The translations under genes and the position numbers were made by a program. A stretch of 63,334 nt of DNA, the filler included, from Choristocarpus tenellus KU-1152 (taxonomy: Eukaryota; Protista; Phaeophyceae), in the NCBI GenBank assembly GCA_964200185.2. It is 10 parts of 10 records of this genome, joined end to end, with 100 filler letters (N's around TTAATTAATTAA, not from the genome) between each part and the next. Parts side by side here need not be neighbours in the genome. Positions count along the whole stretch, not along the records: positions 37,047 to 54,562 come from CAXNAD020000664.1; 9 more parts are not named here. The stretch is one strand, 5' to 3'. This document shows, piece after piece, positions 40,001 through 52,213 of this stretch. Below the pieces are notes generated by a model. The model made no database searches. It saw only the letters and a list, made by a program, of their open reading frames with translations, and had not been told where the DNA came from. The first letter of the stretch is position 1. Each line of letters opens with the position of its first letter.

Positions 40001-43000
40001 TGTCTGATGATTATGACACATGTTTATTTTATTAGGTTGATCGATGGACTAGCACAGGAGGAGATTGGAAAAACAAATGGACAAGAAAGGGAAGCACTGA
40101 CTATACTACCAAGTCTGAGGAGGGTGACACTGACATGCATACAGCTGATGGTGTGGATAAAGATACACAGGTACAGTAGAGCATTGGTTGTGACTATCCT
40201 CATGGGGTGTCACGGTTGATGTTATTGATGTGGCTGATGTGGTTGATTTTGTTGATGTTCCCTTTTATGAAATGACGATGGGATCATGGATTTTCTTTTG
40301 ATCCACAGGGTTACCTTTATGGTGCTGGTGTTGCCAAGGTGAAGTCATAAATAGTATTATGGTACTAATGAGGATAGGTGGGGTACAGTCTGGACCAGAA
40401 ATGATATCATGACAGGGCATTAAGAACTTGAGCACAGCAGGCCTGGTACGCAGAAAATCACCTTGTGGGATACCTAGGGATGGATATTAGTTGAAAATGA
40501 CTGTACTAGTACATAGCAGTATGCAACAGTGTGGTCCATGTACCCAATCCAATGCTCATGTCCTATCACCAATCCTACATGATGATGATGGTGGTGGTGG
40601 CGGTGGTGGATATTTGACAGGATGAAGCTGATCATAATACTGTGGACGCCAAGGCCTTTATGGAGCATACTGATAAGGTTGTATTTGTCCGCCGTGTTCC
40701 TGCATGGGTACGAGTTGAGGATCTGGCACATCAGGTACATCTCATGTAATGTATGTATATGTGATGCATGTGTAATCCTATGGTTATATTGTGAATGACT
40801 TGCTCAAAGTATCTGGGGTAGGGTGACTGCTGTCCATTCGGGGCCCATTTTTCCATGTTGTGATTTTTGGTTTAGTTGGTTGCATGTGTCAGATGGATAA
40901 TTTAAGTTCACTTCTCCTGGTCAGGGCCCAAATGGACACTGACGTAGAACCCCCCCCCCCTGATACTTTGAGCCACCTTTTAGTGACTGATAATCTTTTG
41001 GTGCTTTTCATTAAGCCATGGTGCACCATAATGCTGTGCATTTGTTGAATGTATTTGCTCCTCTCTCGATGTGAGATACTTAAAGGAAATATTCCTGGTA
41101 AATAGTATAGTATATTTTGAACTTAAAACTCAAGTAGTACACAGGATGATGGTATGTGGCTGGTGCAGTGTGAGGGGTGGGTGGGAGCAGGTTGATAGGT
41201 TGATAGAGGGGAGTGTAGTGAGAGTATTATTTGTAGTGCATCAATAGTAATATCGATAGCATCCTGATCCTGCAAGAAGCATATATTTTCAAGGAAGACA
41301 AGTCCACTTCTTTGGGAGACAAACTTCACGTATGTTGTGGCATGATGCGGCATGGTCAAATGTTGGTATGCTATCCCTACTTTTGCCTGTGGTAAGTTGA
41401 AGTATTATCGTAATATGTTGTGCCAATATGTTAAGCACCTAAGCTACCTTGTTCAATGAAACCTTCCTGGTGCAGGTTGAGGAGGAGACTGGACCTTTTG
41501 AACGCATCCTGACATCGGATGCAACTAAGGCACACAATGATGACTTTGCACGCTCTGCATATATTATCTATCCCACATCAGAAGCAGCACACAGTGCTCA
41601 CCAGAGGCTCAATAAGCTTAGGGTGTTTGCCAAGTCTCATCAATCTGGTGAGGAACAATTGTGGTACAAATTTAGATCTGTCTTTTGTGGCAAATCCCAC
41701 ATTGTCTCTCAATTCATGGCTATGATGTGTGCAATTGTCAGAGAGAAGTGAGTAAAATACTATGATGGTCCCTCTTTGTTGAAGTTATTTAATTTCTAAA
41801 ACCACAACCGACAAGTTCAAAAGACAAAACCGACAACTACAAAATATTCACAGGTTTTCCTATGCTTGCATGCCATTTTCTATGTCATTTTGGGCTGTTT
41901 CATCTCTACTACTCAAGGTCCTCAAGGTTCCAATGGAAAGCAAGGGCATGGGGATGGGGGCAAGTTCTTTGAACTGAAGACATTTTCATTCCGTCCACGT
42001 GGCCATGGCTCAGTAGACTCTGAGTTTTCTGAGGCTCATCGAGTGGTTCATGATACACAGCAGAGTATCGCCCTTGCAAAAGCTATAGATACGGAGCAGG
42101 GGCTTACAAGCAAGGAGCTTGGTATCACATTCTTGCTTCAGAGGGAGGAGGTGTGTTTGGTTTGTCCTTGTGTGATGTCTTGGCACTGATGTATAGCTTT
42201 ATGGTCCTTTTTGATGTTCTCATATCAATGACTGCTTGGAGCCATTGTTGAAGGACCAATAGCAATGTACCTCATTGAATGATGATGGCACTGATGGTGA
42301 TGTCCATGGCAATAGAAAATAGAATAACGTACTTGAATACTCAACAATAAATGCGCTCCCATGAATACATTTTTGTCTTGAATTAGGATTGACTTAGTTG
42401 ACTGTTACTTGATGTCAGGAAAACAGTGCAAGTTTTGATGTGTCCATACTATGTTGATTGTGTGAAGTCACTCAAGGTTCCTGTTGCATTGACCTGTTGC
42501 ATGCTCTATCAAGTGTAAGTGTAGTTAGTGGTCCAATGGTTGATGATTGTAGAGTCATCTTTGTAGTGATGCTGATGACACATGTAGCACAGGAACAATT
42601 TTTGATTGCTAAACTAAATGCTTCGCTGTGATAGTTATTGAGGAAACTATCTTTCCATTGCAAACATGTTTTGTTGATAAACATGATATTTTAATGATGT
42701 GCAAACCAGCTTTTTTTATCACTTTACTGTAATAATATGTCGACATCCAGGTTGAGGAAGCCCTGGCAGCATCACCTCTTTCAACAGCCAAGCTGGACTT
42801 GGTTTGTGCATACCTCAAACGAGTGCATTTCTTTGTCTACTACAAAGGACAGCAATGCCAGGATGAAGGGGATATCATTGGAGTGAGAACTGCTTGCAGG
42901 GCTAAGCCTGCTGCGAGCAAGGAAGATGTGGAGAAGGTAAAAGTAGTGATATTAGTTCATTGTTATATAAATACCAATACATGATTTGCATTAATAATGA

Positions 43001-45246
43001 AATATGAGATGATTACTCTGAACAAAGGCCTTACACCCACACACAGCACATTTCTTATATTCACGGTTCTATTTGCTGTGTGTAGATGATGGTATGATAG
43101 TATAGGGAAAACTCTTGTGTACCTTTTTTATGATAGTGTGATAGTATAGTGAAAACTCTTGTGTATACCTTTTTTTTCACCACAGGCCATGGAATCTGCA
43201 GACACTACAACACTACTAGATTCAGATGGCAAGGAAGGCAAAAACCAAGCAGAGACTACAGGTGGCAGAGATGTCAGGGAAAGGAGGAAGGGAAGAGATC
43301 CAGGGGCAGAGGAGATAGATGTAATGGTGACACAACGAATCAAAGAGGCAGAGGCAGAACCAAGCAGAACTCTGGCTGCAGAGGTTACAATGAAACGCTT
43401 CAACAATCGTGTAAAATCGGTGGGTGTATGAATGACAATGTTACAATTACAGTTACAATGACATGGACGACTCTACCAAATGATGAATGAGGAGGATAGC
43501 ATAAAGCATGTATTATATAGCATACATCATATACATGTGTATCCATGGTGTACAGGTTTTGACAAGAATTCCTATTTGTGCATTGATGTGTTCTCGATCT
43601 ACTCTCACTTTGATGTATTGTGTTTATCAACTTCAACTTTGCATTTCCTTCTTTTTTTTGTCCACATTGTAACCCTTCTCAGGTTGTGGATGACTGGCTT
43701 AAGAAACACACTGAACGAACTGAGGAGGGTTATGCTAGGTGCAACATGCCAAACTGTGCCAAGGTGAGCCAGCTGTGTTGCTTGACTCTTCATGGTGTGA
43801 TCCATAGTGGTCCTGCTTCTTTCTGTGTATGCAGCAGTAGAGCCTATTAATATTAATACCAGGGGGTTGTTTCTTGCAGTGTGTGTGATCTTACACCTTA
43901 CTTTGCGACCTTACTTTGCCGTGTGCGGTAAACACTATGTTATCATGCATACAGCTCTTCAAAGCAGCAGAGTTTGTGCACAAGCATCTTGTCAACAAGC
44001 ATCCGGATTTGTACAAGGCTGTGGTGGATGAGGTGGGTGGGTAGCCTCTGGGAGCAGTGTTGGGGGGAGCAACAATTACAATGCCTTTGATACTATTCTA
44101 GTCATTTTGAGAGCTTCTGGTGAAAATGTGTTTGTGCCATGACCCAACTCCGTGCCCCCTACAGGTGACGGAGCCCTTTGTGCGTGACCTCTTCCTTGAG
44201 GATGAGGCCAAACCCCTCCCAAGCATCACTGCTGACAATGCAAATCAACCTGTGGGGATGTCACCAGGTGGTGCTATGATGGGGGGCCCTATGGTTCCAA
44301 TGGGAGGGGTGTTTCCTATCATGGGAGGCATGCCCATGGGACCGATGGGGTCGATGGGACCACCAATGGGTATGATAGAAGCCCCACCGATTGGTCCAAT
44401 GGGTGGCCCCATGCAGCAATCCCCATTAGCTCCACCTCCAGGTAAATGATAGTTTGATAGTGTACATGTTATTTGTCAGTGGTTAGTGGTTAGTGTACTC
44501 TTTTTTCTCTCTTTGTAGTGACAAGTCAACGGGTTTCACAAAATGGCTTCTGGGTCTGTTGCTCAAGTGTTGTCCAGAGAACCTCTAAGTGCCTTGGATT
44601 GGACAGCCAACCAGGTATTAGTATCACAGAACTGTCTTGATCTGCCCCCTGCCTGTACCATATTGTAACAGACGGCATGATGAATTGGGGAGGGGCTGGT
44701 GGTCGGGGCTTTGGTGGCAGAGGTGGACAAGGCATTCGTGGAAGGGGAGGAGGACGCTTCATGGGCAGGGGAATGGGTATGATGGGCAGGGGAGGGGGGG
44801 GGATGGCCAAGCCTATGCCACCCGCACAACCCATTGGACCTAGTGATCCCAGAAGTATTGTATCTTATGTGGATGTGGATGCCCCCACGGTGAGATGTAT
44901 TGAATGTTGTCTACATTCCTGAGAAGTATGTTGAGAATACATTGAATGTTGTCTACATTCCTGAGAAGTATGTTGAGAATACATTGAATGTTGTCTACAT
45001 TCCTGAGAAGTATGTTGAGAATACATTGATATTACACCATTTCTTATCGAACATTGATATTCCATCAAACATACACAATTTTGGTGTGGTGTGCCTGTTG
45101 ACACTAGAACAAAGTGCATGCCATGAACATGCTCCAACACTAAATTTACGATGGTATTCATATTACAGGAGACTACTCCAGATCTGGACTATGGTGATGC
45201 ATTCCCTGCTCTGCCTAAGAAGAAGAAGCAAAGGAAGGAAGTGTAG
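37047..45246 (+). CDS. SRRT: SERRATE/ARS2 RNA effector, 5'-truncated, ~14 exons
   Basis: ISFKTFM..Q.DD...EEF..RYENYK.DY; H.TEEWFQERYHP; RRM-like exons; LDLVCAYLKRVHFFVYY; C2H2 finger RCNMPNCAKLFKAAEFVHKHLVNKH; RGG tail; DPRSIVSYVDVDAP; stop TAG at 45244-45246. Confidence 0.93.
40801..40974 (+). mobile_element. MITE family B, complete copy (174 bp) in a SERRATE intron
   Basis: TGCTCAAAGTATCTGGGG ... CCCCCTGATACTTTGAGCC, with inner GTCCATT.GGG / CCCAAATGGAC boxes; homologous to 46657-46815. Confidence 0.85.
44899..45029. repeat. 3 perfect 42-bp tandem repeats in the last SERRATE intron
   Basis: ATTGAATGTTGTCTACATTCCTGAGAAGTATGTTGAGAATAC at 44899, 44941, 44983. Confidence 0.95.
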
Positions 45247-45716
45247 TGTGGTATAGTAGAGAACAGAGACTGCAAAAGGGGGAGTCCTGGTCGTATCAGA
45301 ATCATGAAGAGCTTGTGGCCACCACTGGAAGAAAAAAGAGAAAGCTGAATGGGCAAGAGCTTGGTTACCTATCCTGCATGATGGTATATACCCTCCTGAT
45401 GTTGCAAGGAGCCTCACTCAGGAAATGATAGGTAGGGTAAGGGCATCTTGTACCTCCCCCTCCCGATATTGCAATTAGCTTCAGCTGGGAAATGACAGAA
45501 GTGTTAATTTACAATATTTGGTACACACAAGAAACCTGCTGGGTTGTAGTACACTCTAATAGTGGCTGTATTGTGTAATCATTTTTTTTACCAGTACCTG
45601 AGAAAGTAAAGGTGCCATATGTTGATTTTGAAGGGTAGGTTTGCTAGTATAAATGAATTTGTACACTCAAGAATATTGCAGGATTCTGAATCACATGGCA
45701 TTGTGAAAGTAGTGCC

Positions 45717-48700
45717 TCACAAACTGTGAACAGGACTCAGACAACGACGGTGACCACGTTGTGCCATACGTCCCCTTCGCAGCTCCACCTTTGTCACATT
45801 CATTGGTGTCATGGTGTACATGTGTAGTAGAAATAGGGTAGCGCAGACATGTGAGTTGTTTTCTTTTACCATTTGTCCATAGACCAACTACCCACTCCTA
45901 GATTGATGCTGTTAATGCTGTTAATGTCGTTATCATTACTGTTATTGTTGGCGTTATTCCTGTTATCACATCTCGCCACTTGTCTCCATGAACTGCAGAC
46001 ATCCAAATGAATCCTGTTTTTATGGATGATCTCTTGTTGTGGGGACTCTCCTCACATGCTTAGTACCAATTTTTTCAGGTCAGCAGTCCTTTTGCAACTT
46101 ATCTCTTACCAATACCAATAATCCGTAGTTAACATAGTGAACAATCAACGTGAACATTCACTATTGCACTTCAAAAACAAAACAGGCTTGGAGCTCTATC
46201 AAGGAATCTTACCTTTTGTCATATTAATAGGCATAATGCTGATACACCTCTAGTATCATTGGGCTTTCTTTTTGAGTTTTTTTGGGGTGTAGTCCTCTTT
46301 CTAATGTATGTTACACCTACGTTTTGTAATGTAAGGACATTGTATTTTCTTGAATGATTTTGTCACAGCCACTATTATTTCCATCTTAGCCCAACCCCCT
46401 TACCCTGTAGTCACTCTGCCTCTTCTCCCATTGCTGTTAATGCATCATCATACGCCCCAAACACCTTCAGAACATTGTATTTCCCTCTTTGCATCACAAT
46501 ACACACTCCAAAGTACCTACATGCTAACTATTTTGTATGTATACAAGTAGTAAGTACTCAAATGTTTTTTATGCTAGGATGTACAGAGTGTTAATTGAGT
46601 GAACTTCCAAAAAACCTGGGTAACTTGAATGTACATATGTTTTGTACGAGGGTGAAGGCTCAAAGTATCTGGGGGGGGTGGCTGCTGTCCATTTGGGGCT
46701 CATTTTTCCATGTCGCGATTTTGGTTTATTCGGTTGCATGCATCACATGGATAATGTAAGTGCACTTCTCCTGGTCAGGGCCCGAATGGACACCCTGGTT
46801 TAGACCCCCCCCCCCTTCCTTACACCACCGGTCATTGCAACAAAAAGAGTATACTCTTGGAGTAAGGGTACATGAATCACCTTGCAAGTGTTCTTATCCC
46901 GCCATGATGGTGTAGGCGGCTGCCCCACGTCTAGTGTTGGGATAAGTTCAGGCTTCACCCACTCGAGGTTGTGACCAACAAGTGGTGACCGGAAACGTTG
47001 CTGTGTGACATCTGAAGTGTGTCTTCTGCTTCCCTCTTCTAGTGTCCAGTATCCTATGAGGTTATCCTTGACTGCCTTTTGCGGCAAAGTTGTCTGCATT
47101 GTGTTGGACAGTTCCTCTCTGGTCCGTACCGCCCCCCAGTAGCGCACCTCTTGTACCAGACATTGACATGCACACTCTCTTCCACCTATTTCCCGCATTG
47201 GCAAAGAAATGCTCTTGGCTGCTTTTATACGACTCACCAACTTTCCGTTTTCAAACAGAAAAAGTTCCTTTTGGGGTGATGAAACAAATGACAGATGAAC
47301 CCAGCGCTCCCGAGGACAGCGATAGTTGAACATGTGCTCTGCTTCACCAACAATGCACACCCCTACTTGGTCTTTCTGTCCCATTTCAAGCTGAATCAGA
47401 GCTTTGGCAGATCCAAAAAGGGTTCCAGTCCCACCACAGAATCTTGTCTCTTCTGCAACTTGACTCTCAAGTTTGACACCACCCAACTGCTGTGCACGTT
47501 TCTCTTTTCGCTTGGCCTTGAGAAGAGCCTTTGCAGCTCGACCCTTTTTCCTCCTCTTATTGAAGTCACCGGTTACTGGTCCCCCATCTGTTCTGGAGCC
47601 CTGCAGTGTGGTGCTTGATTGATCTTGAGAGTCGCTTTGCTGCACCTCCATGGCAAGTCCTGTGGATACCTCTACTTTGTCTTTTAACAGGGGCAACTCC
47701 TGTTCACCAAGGTCTATGATGCAATCCACAAGATATTGACCATCCATTGCCACCCATTTACCCCAGAAAGAAGCTTCCTCACTTAATTCATCCTCTGGTC
47801 CTACCTTTGAATCATTGAGAAGATCAGAAGTACTGTCTCCACCTTGTGGAATAGGTGTTGACACATCCTCTTGCACCCCCTCTTCAACCTTTTTGGAACC
47901 AAGGGGTTCAGCACCCCCTAGAACAAGTGATACTCCAGCATCGCTCCCCCTTCTTACAGATGATCCCAAAACTGGTGCCCCTATATTATCACCAAGACTG
48001 GAAGTAGCAATAGGCTCATCGTATATAGTGTCTTCCTTTGTGGTTGTCGGTCCACCTTCTGGGATTTTATCCTGATGATTTGTGTCGTTGTCTTCATTGC
48101 CCTCTCCGTTTGAACCCTCTGCATCCTCTATGGTGACAGCAAGTCCATGTTTGGTGTACCTATTTTTTTCATCTGTTGTTACTGCTGATCCATCAGCACC
48201 TGCTATATTCCAGTCTACCTTCCGATCATTCAGATTCTTTTCCACCACAGGCAATAGATGACTTTTTGACTGGTAAGCTACTCCACCACCATAACCACTG
48301 CTTGTATATGAACCATCGCCAAAGTACCAGGGTGGTCTTGCAAGGGCCAACTTCTGTAAGTCATACTTTCGTTGAAGAGCAATGATTTCCTTCACTCCTC
48401 GGATTGCTGCAGATACAAAAACATGCATCGTTCTGTAACTCCTGACTAGCGCAAGCTTAGCAGCATCCCGCTGGGTGGCAACAACAGTGATCTCATCAAT
48501 GAGTCTCTCTCGGTCACTGTTAGGTCCATCTCCTATCTCATGAGGATAATTTGATTCTGTGGCCTGTAGCAGAGGCTCAATTTTTTTTAGATGCTCTTCA
48601 GCCGAGGCCAGTTTACTGGATGCCTGCTGGAATGCCCAATATGCGCTCAGTGCTGTGCGTGTCTTCTCACGTGTACCCTCCACCAGTGAAGGACGCCATA

Positions 48701-50220
48701 CCCAGATCTCGGCTGTCCAAGGTGGTTTACGGTCTTCCTCATTAATTGAAATATAGGCCTTTCCTCCATTGAATGCCAAGCAAGCCCTTGGATCAAGATT
48801 GTTACTCACCTTGAGATGTTTGTCCATGTCAGAAAGACACAACACTGCTTTGCACCCAAGTTCCCAGTTCTTGCAACGTACCCTTCGGTTGGGACATTTC
48901 TCCTGATGATGGTGTGCCATATGCTGAGCCCTGATCATATATCCGCAACCAGAGCACTTTGATAGTTTTTGCCGGACCTCATGTCGTAAAGCAAGATTGC
49001 TGCGTTCCAATTTAACAACACAATCTTCACGAAGATGACATGGGACACTTACAGCTGGGAGCTTTGCCTTACAGCCCAGCAGCTCGTTAGGGCAAGCAAC
49101 AGTGCGGTTAGGGCACTCATTGGCAGTGTGTCTCTGAATCGTGCCTGCATCAACTATTTGGTTGCATTCAAGACACGATATCTCTTTGGGTTTGCTTGCA
49201 GCACTCTCCAAATGCATTGCCTGTTTCTTTGCAAGAGAACAGTCTATTCGTTGGTGCTTGTCTAGACAATTTGCTCGAACGAGCTCTTTACAGTTGAAAT
49301 TCGGGCACAGCACCAGCCGCATCTTGCACTCCTCGAGATTGTGCCTCCTCAAATCTCTTTGGCGTACCAACATGCTGCATAAACCACAGGGAACCTCCTC
49401 TTCTGCCCCCCTGCCTTTCTCAGCCAGCAGTATGTTCTTCCTGCCTATCCAACAATGATCCCTCTGATGTGCTTTTACCAAACTGGCCTGCACCATGGTG
49501 CCACACCCAGCCGTTGGACATTCAACATACCTATCAAACATGAGAAAGGGATGAGCAAGGACTAGGAAATCAATCGGAATCGAAGATTGAAGGACACGAA
49601 ACAATAGCTTGGACTGGATATGAGCGAACGTCATTGCACTCACCGGGAGGTACAAAATGAACGCTCATGTTCTTCGAGGTCCTGAACTCGCACCACATCA
49701 CCACAACCAAGAGGACAATCCGTGTAGTCTCCAGGAGGTGGGCCGTTCAGTGAGCCTAAAGCATGTCCAGGTCTTTCCCATGCTTGCGTGTGTTGCGTAC
49801 CTGGATATCGATCGCATGAAAGTCTAGCTCTTACGACTAGATTCAGATATATCCTATTCTTCTACCTTGCTTCACCTTGAGGTGGACGGCGGTTCGCCTT
49901 TGTTGATCTTGCGTGGTTGAGAAGGTCTCCTTGTTCTTTCTCAATCCGATGTAGTTCCAGCTTTAAAACCTGCAAAGCAGAGTCGACTACGATCCCTTGT
50001 TCCTCATTCACTCCATGATCATCCTTCAAGGCGGCTGGGAAATATTCAACGGTCTTGTTGTGTGTCTTAATGTCTGGGTTAGGGAAGGGAGGACCAAGAA
50101 GTTCCTCTATAGTTGTTCGGTTATGTCTCCGCAACACATACGGCCACATCCTTGCCTTTTCCATCTCGATTATACAAATGGATTGTGGTGAAATGGGATG
50201 TTAAAAGAGCTTCTTCCCGT
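45717..50220 (-). CDS. TRAF-type zinc-finger repeat protein with a C-terminal LamG/concanavalin-like domain (exons ~49865-50220, 49644-49800, 46881-49530, 45717-45788)
   Basis: About 8 C..C..H...C TRAF-like fingers (e.g. CPNRTVACPNELLGC). LamG-like WTAEIWV ... WVHLSFV..LFLFENG..EVRYW..LIGYW.LEEG. Last exon VELRRGRMAQRGHRRCLSPVHSL*. The 5' end is unresolved. Confidence 0.82.
46657..46815 (+). mobile_element. MITE family B, right terminus missing
   Basis: GGCTCAAAGTATCTGGGGGGGGTGGCTGCTGTCCATTTGGGG; internal sequence matches 40801-40974. Confidence 0.8.
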
Positions 50221-51978
50221 CATCACCAACAAAATCTTCCAAAATCTAACTGTTACAAAAAACGAACAAAATAAAAACTAATGATAAGATACAAATATTC
50301 CCACATACCATTCCTATATCTTGATATATATCCTCATATATCAGCATATTGCTCCCATAACAAGTTAAGATTATTCCCACCGATTTCCTACTTACTCTGA
50401 TTAGTTTGAACAGTTTGGGGGGAGGGAATATGTTTGGTTGCTCCAAAATCTCAGTGGAAGTATATCTATTCTACTCCACGTACAAACGAAGCTATAAGAA
50501 AATGTGTCTTACAACAACTAGGTATAAAATTTTCCGTCCTATCTATGAACTGTTGAAAGATATGGAACAGAGAAAGCATTATTTAACTCACATGTCTAAC
50601 AAAATCGAAGAGTAAAAAAAAACTTGAAATAGGAGAACCTTTTATCAGTGTTGCCTTTCATGTTAGTACCTGATATTTATTATTATGCCCTCTGACATTT
50701 TGCAGATGTGTCAGGGGGAAACCAATGAAAACTATATACATANNNNNNNNNNATATGTGTATATAAAATGTCCTAAACATAAGAATATACTATAAGACAT
50801 TGCGTGGAAACCGCTAATCAGTTACTTCACCACTATCAAATACCTGATATTATTTCTCGTCGTCTCATGACAGAGATGAACTCACATCATACCGCTACAA
50901 ATTCTTTTGAATTTGGAGTGACGTATTGAAATAGTGGGATATCCTAGAAATCGATTATTATAGGTCGTTTAGTTCTTCTGTAAGAAGAGGGAACAAAATT
51001 GGAATTTGCCGATGAATGGTGTAGTTTGTCGGTAGTGAGGAACGTGTTAAAATGAGGTACAACCTGACGGTCCGTGTTTCCCCCATATGCACACTCTGTT
51101 TGTATTTCAAGACCTTTCGAACAAGGTATACCTTTAAAGTGCCCTTCCTTGAAAGATATACGTCAAGGTCTGGTACCTTGTATGACATCAGCATTGGCTG
51201 CTTGAAGTAAACTTTTCCTTCTTGAAGTAAACATCGGGTGGTTTGGATGGATTTTACAAACCCCCCTCAATCACACTTTTTGCCACTTCACTCCTCCATG
51301 AGTGACCTTCTGAGTGATTGCTCGACCTCCTTGTCTCTCTCCATTCCCTTTCCCTCCTGTGGATCTTCCCATTCCCCCCTTCAGTCAGAAGAACTTGTCT
51401 GCATGTTTTCATCTGTTTCAGAGTGGCGACGACAGCTGTTCTAAGTGGGAGAGTACTTTAACAGTACTTTTGGGGGACACTCCTACTACATTACCCATAC
51501 TTTGAGGACCACACTTGCCCTGTGTACGTATGCCACATCACTCTGACTGGCATATAGTTCAATCAAGTAGGCGATACAACACGTTCCGCACAATAGAGAA
51601 CTTTTTTTAGATTTTCATGGCGGAAGAATTCAAAGAGAACGAACCAGCTGAACACCTTCTATTAGCGTTTCATTACTGGGATCCTCTTTCTATTAAATGA
51701 GTTATCCTAGAAGATGTAAGACAGACCTGTCGGCCTGTTTCCATCTGCTTCATATACGTACCTATCTCATTCAGTGATGATGGTACCTGCTGTTTGTTTT
51801 TATGATAACCCTGAATGAATGTTGTGTGGTACATACATAGATGTATCCTATCTTTCCACCCAAACCTAAGTTTTGGAAAGTATTTTTTTCGTTTCTAAAC
51901 TGATGTACGATCACCTCATCTTGTCTTGTCTCCATGTCTATAATTGTAAAATGTAGTACCAGATAGTCTACTACTACT

Positions 51979-52213
51979 GAGCCAAAGTAAACGAGAGGTC
52001 CAGGTTTTGGTCATTTTTTTACTCTTTTGCAATTTACACATATTTCTATAGATGAGCTAAGTTTGATTGAGAGCGTTGAATTCTCTGATGTTTGATCGTT
52101 TTAGACCGAGTTCAGAAAATATCCTATACGCATTTGTAAAAAAGTCGAATTTTGCACACATTTGTCAGCATCCTTAAAATGCAACTCTGGGTACCTCTCT
52201 TATACTTTGCCTC
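51979..52213 (+). mobile_element. MITE family D (235 bp); a related left end at ~57716-57770
   Basis: GAGCCAAAGTAAACGAGAGGT ... ACCTCTCTTATACTTTGCCTC. Confidence 0.6.

Noticed and set aside
44899-45029. Repeated peptide ORFs (NVVYIPEKYVENTL)
   Set aside because: Translation of an intronic 42-bp minisatellite
46800-49655. 951-aa ORF as a complete single-exon protein
   Set aside because: Both ends run into introns, and the 3' end into a MITE. The real exon is 46881-49530, with flanking exons.
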